Shown here one piece after another: positions 50,212-62,399 of a stretch of 62,423 bases of DNA; position 1 is the stretch's first letter, and each line of letters opens with the position of its first letter. A program made the translations under genes and the position numbers. The notes under the pieces were generated by a model. It had not been told where the DNA came from. It did not search any database and saw nothing but the letters and a program-made list of their open reading frames with translations. The stretch is from Octopus bimaculoides (Eukaryota). Location: NCBI RefSeq assembly GCF_001194135.2, contig NC_068997.1:25057758-25120180 (forward strand), read 5' to 3'.

Positions 50212-50712
50212 GCACCATCCATTTTCAATGCATCCATCCATTCATCCATCTACCCATTTATCTATATCTCTATTCATTTGTCCACCTATAGATCCATTCC
50301 TCAGCCCGTCCGCCCTTCTACCTACGAGAATGTGTACGTGTGTGTGTTTGTGTGTGTGTGAATACATAATACATACATACATACATACATACATACATAC
50401 ATACATACATACGAGTGTATTTAAATATTGTGAATGATGGAGTCAACCAAGTTTGTGACCTTCCTAGATTTGTTGCAAGAGGTGCAACCATTTTTGCAAA
50501 TCTCTAACGTTGTGTTTCAAGTAAAACCGCCAAGATCCAAATCTATGGGAACTACACATCTGACGAATATATTTCAGGTACCATAACCAAATCCTTTGCG
50601 CTGAATTAGCAAGACGATACCATTAAGTAGACAAGGTTCTGCATATAAAGCAAGAGGAAAATACGTAGGCCTGAACTCTGTATTCATGTAATTGTTGGTA
50701 CTTCTTTCATTT

Positions 50713-50752
50713 TTACGTGTGTTTCAGTAGCGGGTAACTGAAACATACGTAA
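50713..50752 (+). other. 16-bp stem / 8-nt loop hairpin
   Basis: TTACGTGTGTTTCAGT-AGCGGGTA-ACTGAAACATACGTAA; 15 Watson-Crick pairs plus one G.U as + strand RNA. Confidence 0.8.
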
Positions 50753-50849
50753 CAGATAACATAAAGAAATACGAAACCCTTCTCGTCGTAACCGCATGTG
50801 TGTACCAGTATATGTGTATGAATATTTATAGAAGTATGAATATACATCA

Positions 50850-50912
<63 letters not shown>

Positions 50913-51617
50913 CTTTCATGTGTATAGGTATGTATGTGGACATATATGCATGCACATGTGCATATATAAGTTTATATACACAGGTGTATATATGTATGAA
51001 TATATATATATATATATGTACATATATTCATATATACATATATGTGTGCGTGTGTGTATGTGTTTGTATGTATGCATATGCGTGTGTTGTGTGTGTGTGT
51101 GTGTGTTTGTGTGTGTATCTAGGTGTAAGAATTCTAGTGAAGTGGGTGCCTTCTTGATTGATGACAAGCAAATGAAGTAAAAATGATGGCATGTCAGCAG
51201 GCAGAGTTAGTGCCGTGGTAGTGGTGGTGGTAGTGGTGATGGTGATGAGGGTGGTGATGGTGGTGGTGGTGTTGGTTGTGGTTGTGGTTGTGGTTGTGGT
51301 TGTAGGGTGGCAGAGGTTTACTGGGATTGTTGCAGGTCTAACAGAATCTCAAGTGTTTGGGTGATTAGTGGTTACAATAGGAATTGTCATTATGGATTTG
51401 TTGACGATGGTCGGTGTTTCACTGCCACAGTTTTTTTGTTGTTGTAGGTGTTGTTGTTGTTATTGCTGTAATGTTTGTAAATGTTACGGTTGTGTTTAAT
51501 ATTGTTGTTATTGTTCTTATTCCTGAAATTGATATAGTTTTTGTTAATAATATTTTTGTTGTTGCTGTTATATTTGTAATTGCGGCTGTTGTTTCTATTA
51601 TTACTGTTGTCGCTTTG

Positions 51618-51918
51618 AGGCGGTGGGCTGGTAGATTCGTTAGCACACCGTACTAAATTTCTTTTTGCGGTATTTCGTCCGTCATTATGATCTGAGTTCA
51701 AATTCTGCCGAGGTCGACTTTCCCTTTCATCGTTTCGGGGTCGAGAAAGTAAGTACCAGTTGAGCACTAAGGTCGATATAACCGACTTATCTCTGACCTC
51801 GCAATTTCAGACCTTGTGCCAAAATATGAAACCAATATTACCATGCGTTAAGGCGGTGAGCTGGCAGAATCGTTAACACGCTAGGCAAAATGCTTAGCGT
51901 CCTTTCGTCCGTTTTCAC
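51618..51918 (+). mobile_element. Two tandem SINE family A copies (51618-51838; truncated 51850-51918)
   Basis: Heads AGGCGGTGGGCTGGTAGATTCGTTAG and AAGGCGGTGAGCTGGCAGAATCGTTAA. Confidence 0.88.
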
Positions 51919-51932
51919 TCTTTATATTAATC

Positions 51933-51970
51933 AAAAGGGTCCCCAATTAAGAAACGGTTGCGAACCACTG
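51933..51970 (+). mobile_element. Isolated hAT(Charlie)-like terminus
   Basis: AAAAGGGTCCCCAATTAAGAAACGGTTGCGAACCACTG. Confidence 0.45.
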
Positions 51971-52069
51971 ACGGAGATTGAACATTTGACTACGGCTGAT
52001 CCTTTTAGATTGAACAACTGCAAAGAAAGTCTCTTTGTTTTTCTTTTTTCGTTGATGTATGTAATATCG

Positions 52070-52090
52070 TTGCTGTTGATGATGATGATG

Positions 52091-52134
<44 letters not shown>

Positions 52135-52510
52135 GGTGGTGGTGGTGGTGGTGGTGGTGGTGGTGGTGGTGGTGGTGTTGGTGGTGGTGGTGATGGTGTT
52201 GATGATAACGATGATGTTGCTAGTGATGGTGGTGATGGTCGTGGTAGTGACGAGGATGACGATGATGGTAGTGATGATGGTGGTGGTGATGATGATGGAG
52301 ATGATGATGGTGATGATGGTGGTGGTGATGATGATGATGATGAGGGGGAGGAGGAGGATGTTCATGATGCTATGATGATGATGGTGGTGGTGGTGATGAT
52401 GGAGATGATGATGGTGATGATGGTGGTGGTGATGATGATGATGTTGATGAGGGGGAGGAGGAGGATGTTCATGATGCTATGATGATGATGGTGGTGGTGG
52501 TGATGGTGAC
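52070..52510. repeat. (GAT/GGT)n field with a ~105-bp direct duplication
   Basis: GGAGATGATGATGGTG..GAGGGGGAGGAGGAGGATGTTCATGATGCTATG occurs twice. Confidence 0.9.
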
Positions 52511-52734
52511 GCGCATTGAATATTTGAATCAGCAAAACAACAATTGAACATCATGCTTTAACTAGGATTCCATTAACTTCCGGCCAACTGTTGCTGTATG
52601 CATGGATGGCTGTTCCCTTGCGATAACAGTGATTAATAGAGAACGAGTCCCCTGCTAAGCTGTTGGACAGCCGAGGTCAATATATGTGTAAATATATAAA
52701 TATTCACACAAGAATACACACCCATTGATTCGTT

Positions 52735-52781
<47 letters not shown>

Positions 52782-52980
52782 TGACAAATACAATCTCAAC
52801 TGCGCGCTCCAACTCTCTGCATTCATATACAGATTCTATACATACATACATATATATNNNNNNNNNNNNNNNNNNNNNNNNNNNNNNNNNNNNNNNNNNN
52901 NNNNNNNNNNNNNNNNNNNNNNNNNATAATTTATATATATATTATATGTATATATGTATTAACATTATATTATATTATAT

Positions 52981-53018
<38 letters not shown>

Positions 53019-53141
53019 TTATATATATACAGTGTTTAAATGTGTGTGTGTGTATATGCATGTTTTTGTATCTAAAAATATGTATATGCATATATATGTG
53101 TGTGTGTGTATGCAAAAGGGGACAGTGACATGTACACGCCA

Positions 53142-53587
53142 ATATAAATATGTTCATATAAATACAGTGTACATTTAAACACATAAGAGGTGACCATCGT
53201 AGGACATCTTGCATGCTAGAAGAAGTAGCCAAAATCTAAACCATTATTAGGGATGAATTTTGAAGGGAATGAAAAATAAAAACATTTACCATCCATCTCC
53301 TGGACCATGGTTTCAAGCGCTAAATTAGCAAATAAAATATTTTGCTCGGTGGGGCTTTCTTCAGCAGGGACGCCAAGATTAACATATAAATACGAGGCAA
53401 TACAGCATACGCCTCGTGCTTATATATTATAATTTTTCAAATCCACCTTCGAAATTTATCCCTCATAGTGGTTTGGATTTTGGCTACTCCTTCTAGCATG
53501 CAAGATGTCTTATGATGGTCTTATGATGGTCTTATGATGGTCTTATGTGTTTAAATGTACACTGTATTTATATGAATATATTTATAT
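53142..53587. repeat. Foldback / MITE-like element with long inverted arms (53142-53277 and 53432-53587)
   Basis: GACCATCGTAGGACATCTTGCATGCTAGAAGAAGTAGCCAAAATCTAAACCA versus the reverse complement of the right arm shows 4 mismatches in 52 nt. The arms extend on both sides. Confidence 0.9.
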
Positions 53588-53725
53588 ATGTATAGATAGA
53601 TAGATGCATATATATGTGTGTGTGTGTGTTTGAGCGAGTGTGAGTACTAGATATACATGTTTTGAACATGTGCACGCGAACCACATATATGCACATATAT
53701 ATGTGTGTGTGTGTGTGTGTGTAAA

Positions 53726-53789
<64 letters not shown>

Positions 53790-53953
53790 GACAGAGACAG
53801 AGACAGAGAGAGAGAGAGAGAGAGAGCATAGAATGAAGAATATCATCACACGTGTTTCAAATATCACTGGAAACTGAAGCATGCTAAGGCAAATGCGTAC
53901 ATGTTGATTGCTATAGCAGTAATTACTGTTATTATTATTATTATTATTATTAA

Positions 53954-54015
<62 letters not shown>

Positions 54016-54323
54016 GGATGTGGATTATGCAGGAGTCGTCCAGTGTTGAGTGATATTGTTATTCAGTAGAGACGGTTAAATTAATGATGCATTGGGGTCT
54101 GGAGGTTCAGAAAGCAGAGCGATAATGTTGTGTGAAAAAATGTGATATCAAATTTAAGTTACTTGTTGTTGTTGTTGGCGTTATTATTATTATTATTATT
54201 ATTATTGAGCGATGCTGTGGGTGTTGATCGGCGTTGATTCTCACGAGGCATATGGCCGCCGTTACGTTTGAAGAGTAAATGCTTAAGCACATAACAGAGA
54301 TAAACATATACGTAATCATAAAT

Positions 54324-54377
<54 letters not shown>

Positions 54378-54385
54378 TTGTATGT

Positions 54386-54422
<37 letters not shown>

Positions 54423-54802
54423 CATACACACAAACATGTGCACACAAAAAGGCTCTCAATCCCTCTCATATATCTATGTGCGCACACAAACACACACACA
54501 CACACACACACACTTATATNNNNNNNNNNNNNNNNNNNNNNNNNNNNNNNNNNNNNNNNNNNNNNNNNNNNNNNNNNNNNNNNNNNNNNNNNNNNNNNNN
54601 NNNNNNNNNNNNNNNNNNNNNNNNNNNNNNNNNNNNNNNNNNNNNNNNNNNNNNNNNNNNNNNNNNNNNNNNNNNNNNNNNNNNNNNNNNNNNNNNNNNN
54701 NNNNNNNNNNNNNNNNNNNNNNNNNNNNNNNNNNNNNNNNNNNNNNNNNNNNNNNNNNNNNNNNNNNNNNNNNNNNNNNNNNNNNNNNNNNNNNNNNNNN
54801 NN

Positions 54803-54885
<83 letters not shown>

Positions 54886-55525
54886 TACCTATATATTGAT
54901 ATAGATAAACATATATATACAAATATATTTATTCGTGTGAGTATGTGTGTGTGTGCGCGCGCGCGTGTGAGAGAGAGTGCGTGTCTGCGTGTGTGCATAT
55001 GTCAAAATTTTGCTTGCCTTGCTCTAATCGTTTGGCGTCGGTTTTGAAACCATTGTTGTTGTTATTTTTTGTCGTTGGTGCTGTTGTTGTAGCTGTTGTT
55101 GCTGTCAAAAAAATTTTACAAAAGAAAAGTTGACTGAAAATTCGTCACACTTCGTCAGAGCATTATCCAAAGGGTCTTACGATATGCTTCTGTTTAACGT
55201 GAAATTGTTTTCGTATACTGTTTGACAGAAGAAAAACAAGCAATAATGTACATGCATACATACATACATACATACATACATACAACAGTATTTCATGTGA
55301 GAAAAAAAAATATCAGATACAGGGAAAATTTTAATATAGGTGTTGCCATCTTGGTTATACTTCGGTAAGTTAAATTTTATATTACGAAATATATCCTGGG
55401 CATTCGTCGGGTGAATGTATGACGACTATATCACGTATACAGTGTATTATATAAAAAGTGTTATGCACACATACACTCACGCACACATACGCACACACAT
55501 GCGACCACACACACCTTTATTTGTA

Positions 55526-55681
55526 GGCGCAGCATAGACGAATGGTTAAGAAGGTCCCTTTTTGCAGACACGAGTTGCGGGCTTCATGAAATCTTGGGTA
55601 AGTCTGATTTTCTACAGTCCCGGGTGAACCCGTGTATTATAAATCAAACTGGGTAGACGGAAACCTTATAGAAGCCCGTCG
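55526..55681 (+). mobile_element. SINE family B, degenerate
   Basis: GGCGCAGCATAGACGAATGGTTAAGAAG..GGGTAGACGGAAACC..GAAGCCCGTCG. Confidence 0.8.
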
Positions 55682-55927
55682 AATAAAAAGCACCTTTGTT
55701 CGAAGGTTATAGCCTTAACACACAATTTGTCACCTGATACTGAATGAGAATTACGTTTAGGATACATATGTCTATAGAATACTCAACCACTTGCACTTTG
55801 ACTTAATTCATGATGGATCGATATAAATTTATTTTCCTAGATTTCAACCGGACAGAGTCAAACTTTTCCAACCGACACAATGATAATTCCTCTACCGGGC
55901 AAAATTCTTATCAGCATTTCCTCAATG

Positions 55928-56090
55928 TTTACGTTCTGAGTTCAAATTCCGCCGAGGTTGACTTTGCCTTTCATCCTTACGGGGTCGATAAACTAAGTAC
56001 CAGCTGAGTTCTAGGGTTGATGTAATCGACTGAAATCAACCCCCAGCTCCACCTTAAACTAGCTTGTCTTGTGCCTATAGTAGAAAGGAT
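55928..56090 (+). mobile_element. SINE family A, 5'-truncated
   Basis: TTTACGTTCTGAGTTCAAATTCCGCCGAGG..GTGCCTATAGTAGAAAGG. Confidence 0.88.
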
Positions 56091-56972
56091 TGTCTAACCT
56101 AATTTTTATAGCAACCAAATCTACTTCACATGACATTTAATCATCTTGAAAAATTAAGAATGCATTTGATGGCAAATCAGATGTACATTTTTCTCTAAAA
56201 TATCATCCGGATCCTATATTGGAAGATTCCCACCCCACGAACCTATAACGTAATATTACAAGCTTTAATGTACTAATTCTTTTTCTCTCTGAATATCCGT
56301 TGCAGAAATTAGTATATGTCTAAAATGGTCTTGAGTCTCTTATGCCATTAAATACAGTATGTAATAAAGTTCTAGATATACACTGTCTTCAGAAAGGTCA
56401 AAAAAAAAAAAAAAAACAGAATAAAAAAAGAAAAATACAAAGCCAAAAATAATAAGGTGCATTTAGTCACTGTTTGAATGCTTTTGAACGTAACTCTATT
56501 CTTTTACGACTGAGCTCATGCTAAACCACCCCAACCACATTTGCAGCGATCTGCATGGACAGACGAAGAAATAAATTCATAGAAAAGTACAAAGCCACAA
56601 TTTATTACAGCTTCGTCATTGACGTGTTTAGTGAGACGGACATGTACAGAGTAAAAGCCGAAGAACTCACTTGGAAAATTCTCTGTTCTTCAGTTGAATA
56701 CCTAACATCTAAGAATAAGAAACTATCCGTTATATTACACCAACATATACTAAAACCACCAATAAATGTCTCAGTATATACATGCTGAGCGAGATGACAA
56801 CATTGGTGTACAAAATGTTATATACAATCCAGTGAAGGAATATCTTTGCGGCTGTTATTTCTATCGGGTCATTCATTCGACACGGTAGAAATAGCAGCAA
56901 CATCTCCCTGAAATCACACTCTATTGTCTCTAAATTTGAAGGTGATACGGAATAATGTAGATTTAGATACCC

Positions 56973-57019
<47 letters not shown>

Positions 57020-57020
57020 T

Positions 57021-57340
57021 ACTTCCGCCTTAGTGAAAGCGGAGGTACTATTTTATAACATCTAATAAGCAGTTGCCCAAATATGCCATCGAGGTTAATC
57101 CCTTCAATGGCAATGTGATACACAATATCACCATAAAGAAAAATATTGCCGTCAGATAAATAGAAACAATCTCCCTGCTATGGAATACATATATATCAGC
57201 ACAAAGGATATTTGTGGAGCATTTCCAACAACATTTCTACCGAAAACATAACAGACTTGACATAGTTTTTTGGGACAGAAAACAAAAGTCATGTAAAGTC
57301 ATAGATGTCATTGGTCCGGCGGATGTGAGCATTTCTTATA
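57021..57340 (-). mobile_element. Helentron/DINE-like non-autonomous element (degenerate copy)
   Basis: Terminal hairpin ACCTCCGCTTTCACTAAGGCGGAAGT (minus) is homologous to 60363-60388. A possible 5' end CATCCGCC lies near 57320. Confidence 0.5.
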
Positions 57341-57420
57341 AAATCAGTGAGAAGTAAGATATCTATGGATAACTGTTTCGAAAGCTGAAGCTCAACTAAT
57401 AGTAAATTTATTTTTATAAC

Positions 57421-57565
57421 TTTCTACTATAGGAAGAAGGCTTGGAATTTGGGGAAGGACGTAAATCGATTACATCGATCCCAGTGTGCAAATGGTACTT
57501 ATTTCATCGAATCTGTAAGGATGAATGGCAAAGTTGACCTCGGGAAAGTTTGAACTTTGAACCTA
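57421..57565 (-). mobile_element. SINE family A, degenerate
   Basis: GATTACATCGATCCCAG..GGTACTTATTTCATCG..GCAAAGTTGACCTCGG. Confidence 0.82.
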
Positions 57566-57892
57566 AGAAAGGACGAGAAGTTTATACTTATATCAAGACT
57601 CAATGAAACACTCGGTGATATTAGCTAGGATTTTCAAGCAAATAGATCGGCTAATGTAAACTTATAGACACAATCTATAAATGGAACAGTAAAAATATTC
57701 AAGATTGTTCAACATGAAACAGTTGCTGTTGTTTGCATTCAAATTCCAGCAACGGCAAGAAACCCACTCCTTCCTTGTACGAAGTGTTCTACACTACAGA
57801 ACAAAATACGAAAACACAGAAATATACATACATTAAAACGTATATGAATTAATGTGTCTCTGTACACGCTTGTTGCGTTCAAATGTAAATAG

Positions 57893-57962
<70 letters not shown>

Positions 57963-58976
57963 NNNNNNNNNNNNNNNNNNNNNNNNNNNNNNNNNNNNNN
58001 NNNNNNNNNNNNNNNNNNNNNNNNNNNNNNNNNNNNNNNNNNNNNNNNNNNNNNNNNNNNNNNNNNNNNNNNNNNNNNNNNNNNNNNNNNNNNNNNNNNN
58101 NNNNNNNNNNNNNNNNNNNNNNNNNNNNNNNNNNNNNNNNNNNNNNNNNNNNNNNNNNNNNNNNNNNNNNNNNNNNNNNNNNNNNNNNNNNNNNNNNNNN
58201 NNNNNNNNNNNNNNNNNNNNNNNNNNNNNNNNNNNNNNNNNNNNNNNNNNNNNNNNNNNNNNNNNNNNNNNNNNNNNNNNNNNNNNNNNNNNNNNNNNNN
58301 NNNNNNNNNNNNNNNNNNNNNNNNNNNNNNNNNNNNNNNNNNNNNNNNNNNNNNNNNNNNNNNNNNNNNNNNNNNNNNNNNNNNNNNNNNNNNNNNNNNN
58401 NNNNNNNNNNNNNNNNNNNNNNNNNNNNNNNNNNNNNNNNNNNNNNNNNNNNNNNNNNNNNNNNNNNNNNNNNNNNNNNNNNNNNNNNNNNNNNNNNNNN
58501 NNNNNNNNNNNNNNNNNNNNNNNNNNNNNNNNNNNNNNNNNNNNNNNNNNNNNNNNNNNNNNNNNNNNNNNNNNNNNNNATATATATATATGCATGTACA
58601 TACATACATACATACATAAATATATATATATGAGAAAAGATACACACATACACACAGTAAACATACTCCATCGTAGCAGTATTATAATACTAAATACCTT
58701 CTAATAATATAATAATACAGGGAAGACAAAAGAACAAAACAACAAAAAATATAGATTAAAAAAAACAAAATCAACGATAAACATCCACCCCCATCTACTA
58801 CTCCAACCTATCAAAAACAAAACAAACAAACAAAGTCCCCCTCCCCTTAATAATCACCTCATATAATCTCAGTATATACAATGAAATGAGTCCCGCTACT
58901 GGTTGCTTTGACAGTCGACATATCTGGATAACACCACAGGCTGCAGGAATCTTTGTAGAGATTACGTGTTCAATAC

Positions 58977-59052
<76 letters not shown>

Positions 59053-59248
59053 CACAAAAACACAAAAACGACGACATACACAGTTACAAGCACGCAAATA
59101 CAAATATGTACACACACACAGATACATACATACATACATACATACATGCATATATACATATATACACACACAAATATATGTATATATGTGTGTGCGTTGT
59201 GTGTATACTGACGTGTTGGATGTCTACTTATATATGGATGTGTGTGTG

Positions 59249-59280
<32 letters not shown>

Positions 59281-59734
59281 TGTATGTGTGTATATATAAA
59301 TATGTATGTATATATATATGTGCGTATGAATATGTATATAATTCTTTTCATATATGTGTATATATACGTGTATATATATATATACAGTTACATGCTTAAA
59401 TAAAGAATATATATATTCACGTGTATATACGTATGCATACGCACACACACACATGTACGTGTGTATGTGCGTATGTGTGTACGCGTATACGTCAGTTTGT
59501 GTGTTTGTGTGTGTGTGTGTGTGCGTGTGTGTGTGTGTGTGTGTTTTGTGTTTTCCACAGTGTAAACTTGGTAAAAAAATACTTAAGAATTACGAAGAAA
59601 TTAGTGCTGTTATCAATCTAACTCTGATAGCTTGGAATTTATGTAGTCAAACTGAAAGAATTTTTGGGGTGAAAATTATCCCTGGAAATTTTTACAAATT
59701 ACTACACAATTACAGTCAATAACATTAATATTGT

Positions 59735-59943
59735 TTTCAAACTTTGGCACATAGCCAGCAACCTCGGTGGGTAAGTCGATTACATGAACCTCAGTGCTCA
59801 ACTGGTACTTATTATATTGATTTCGAGAAGTTGAGAGACAAAGTCGACCTCGGCGAATTTTGAACTGGAGATCCTACAACTGGAAAAAATGCTGCGAGGC
59901 ATTTTGTCCGACTTGCTAAAGAATCTGTCAAAAATGTCGCCTA
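59735..59943 (-). mobile_element. SINE family A, degenerate
   Basis: CTCAACTGGTACTTATT..CAAAGTCGACCTCGGCGAATTTTGAACT..GCATTTTGTCCG. Confidence 0.8.
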
Positions 59944-59984
59944 AATAAAGGAGAAGGAGTAAGTTGTTAATAATAAAAATAACG

Positions 59985-60034
<50 letters not shown>

Positions 60035-60039
<5 letters not shown>

Positions 60040-60388
60040 GAGCACTCAGAGAGTGCAAACTCCGCCAAGGCAACACCAACGTACTCTTAACGATTAGCCA
60101 GAGATGATTATTAAAATGAGAATATCTAAAATAAACTCGACTGCTCTAACAAACGACAATACTAAATATGGACCCAACTGCTCTCAAAACTTAAGTTAAA
60201 AATAAAAAAAACGGAAAAATAATCCAGAATCCTTGTCCGGTACTGGATCAATCCCAATATTTAATCAGTTCGTGCCAGCCACGATGCCAAACATCCCTGA
60301 AAGTTTCATCCGAATTCATATCTTGTCCACAGACAAAAAAACAAGCACGACTGAAAAACAATACCTCCGCCTTCCCTGAGGCGGAGGT
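60035..60388 (+). mobile_element. Helentron/DINE-1-like non-autonomous rolling-circle element
   Basis: 5' AACAAGAGCACTCAGAGAGTGCAAACTCCGCC and a 3' perfect 10-bp hairpin ACCTCCGCCT-TCCCTG-AGGCGGAGGT (60363-60388). The 5' CTCCGCC is complementary to the 3' hairpin arm, giving asymmetric subterminal IRs. No ORF. Confidence 0.65.
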
Positions 60389-60395
60389 CATAATG

Positions 60396-61133
60396 ATTTC
60401 ATTTATTTGCAACAAGGGCGAAGGATGAGGTGGACGAGACTGGGACAGACATAAAATCATGGGTTTTACATATAATGAAATGATCAGAGAAGGAAAAAGT
60501 ATACACGGTATTAAAGAAGGGACATATGCAAGCATACAAAGGTAAAAATTTGAAAAATATAAGATAATGGCGAGGAGGATGATAAAGATGTGACCCTCCT
60601 GATACAGGAAGGCCTCTAAGGATAATCGAGGAATCCCACTGTCCTTGATTTCCCGGAAACCCTAAGAGCAAGTGCCCTCTCCAATTCCTTCTCTTCGACT
60701 CACAGGTCTACACTTAGAGAGGTACCATCCACTCTTGCCATTTTCGTAGATTTCGCCCACCTTTCAGTAAACTCTCTCGAGGACAGCACTTTCCTCTCCA
60801 CTCTCAATTTCCTTTTCAAGTGAAACTTAAAGAAGCCAATGAGAGCTCTACCAAAGTGGAATGTTATCTGTCCTCATGCTTTTCAGCTTTGTCCACCAAA
60901 CAACCTCTTTCGCCACGGTCACCAGGCAAAGGAAAACTGCCTTCCCAGTCCGATTGAAGGAAGACGGCGGTGCGATCATCACTACAGACTCGGCAGACAG
61001 ACGGTGCCGTCCAACAGGTGACAGCAGCTGTTCAGCATAACCCCACGAGTCAGTAATGTCCGGAGACTGAACGAGGGCGTGTAGAACGGTTCTGTCAGTC
61101 GGTTCCGCGCACCTCGGACAAGTCCGTCTGACA
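60396..61133 (-). mobile_element. L1/Tx1-like LINE 3' end (ORF2 C-terminus, stop 60700-60702, plus 3' UTR)
   Basis: VRRTCPRCAEPTDRTVLHALVQSPDITDSWGYAEQLLS..LSAESVVMIAPPSSFNRTGKAVFLCLVTVAKEVVWWT..FFKFHLKRK is homologous to 8640-9126. It is 5'-truncated at a (TTC)n run. Confidence 0.8.
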
Positions 61134-61221
61134 GAGAAGAAGAAGAAGAAGAAGAAGAAGAAGAAGAAGAAGAAGAAGAAGAAGAAGAAGAAGAAGAAGA
61201 AGAAGAAGAAGAAGAAGAAGA
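61134..61221. repeat. (GAA)n microsatellite
   Basis: Direct reading. Confidence 0.95.
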
Positions 61222-61637
61222 AATGGAAGATTATGACGATGATGATGATGATGATGGTGAAACCGTTGTGGTTGCTGATGACAAGGATAGTGAGGATGAA
61301 GAGAAGGAATGTAAAGAGAAAAGGAAAAGAAAGAGGAAGAAAATAAAGAAAAACACAAGAAAATGAAGGTGAAAGTGGAGGGAGGAACAATAACAAAAGA
61401 AAAAAAAAACAAATAAGTCCACGATTATTTCTTAATTTCTCGAGAGCATGTGGCCTCCATATGGCTTCGAATAAATCTCATCAGATCTGAATTTGAGATG
61501 GTTATCAAGAATCGGGAAAGAGTTTACTACATGGAACAGTAAATACACTGCAGAATATGCTTATGTTTCTATACATAAATACATACATAATAACGTAAAT
61601 ACATACCAAGACACATATAAATATATATAAGTTCCTG

Positions 61638-61751
<114 letters not shown>

Positions 61752-61862
61752 TGTAGGGAGACTTATTAGCTTATAGCTGACATTCACCGTGAATTTCGCC
61801 GATCAAAATGTACAACAGAAAGGTTGAGTATGGTGTATATATACATGTATATACATACATGG

Positions 61863-61895
<33 letters not shown>

Positions 61896-62004
61896 TACAA
61901 ACAAACAAACAAACAAACACACACATGCTTTTATTAAAGCTACAAAATTATCACAAGTTATCACAAAATTATCACGCGGAGTTTCACGTTCTCGTTCGTC
62001 GAGC

Positions 62005-62058
62005 TAGTCTTTACTGATGAGGCAACAGAAATTACCGAAACTAACGTCAGTATAAGGA
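62005..62058 (+). ncRNA. Hammerhead-ribozyme-like motif, type I, helix I defective in this copy
   Basis: CTGATGA (62014-62020), helix II GGCAA-CAGAAA-TTACC with one mismatch, GAAAC-TAAC-GTC. Downstream AGTATAAG is only complementary out of register with upstream CTTTACT. Confidence 0.5.
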
Positions 62059-62238
62059 ATTCTCGGTCTGTGTTTTCGGGCGATTATACTCCCTTCCGGT
62101 ATATATGTATACAATTATGTGCATTGACTACAACATTAGAGCATTTTAGCTCTTATTTCTAGCAATGTAGTTGTGTCTAGCATCCTAGTCGTATTTAGTG
62201 ATAATTATCGTTTTCCTTTTTGGTAAATATCGCATACC

Positions 62239-62360
62239 GTTTACATTATTTACATTATTTACATTTGACGGATATTCGTCCTCATCTTGTTTGTTGTTAA
62301 CACAACGTTTCGGCTGATATACCCTCCAGCCTTCGTCAGGTGTCTTGGGGAAATTTCGAA
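62239..62360 (-). mobile_element. Penelope-like terminal repeat (pLTR) with (AATGTAAAT)3 tail
   Basis: Contains a minimal hammerhead and is duplicated in inverted orientation at 62400-62423. Confidence 0.75.
62299..62344 (-). ncRNA. Minimal type I hammerhead ribozyme (Penelope-type, palindromic helix III)
   Basis: Minus strand reads GACAC-CTGACGA-A-GGCTG-GAGGGTATAT-CAGCC-GAA-ACGT-T-GTGTT. It has the full core, a 5-bp helix II, a 5-bp helix I with one G.U, and a self-complementary ACGU. Predicted GUU cleavage between 62304 and 62303. Confidence 0.85.
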
Positions 62361-62399
62361 TAATAATAATAGTAACATCGATAGGAATGAGAACCCAGG

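Noticed and set aside
55140-55170. Minus-strand CTGACGA motif
   Set aside because: It is followed by GAAT rather than GAAA and has no consistent helices.
56555-56788. 77-aa non-repetitive ORF
   Set aside because: No recognisable motif or splice signals; the length is expected by chance.
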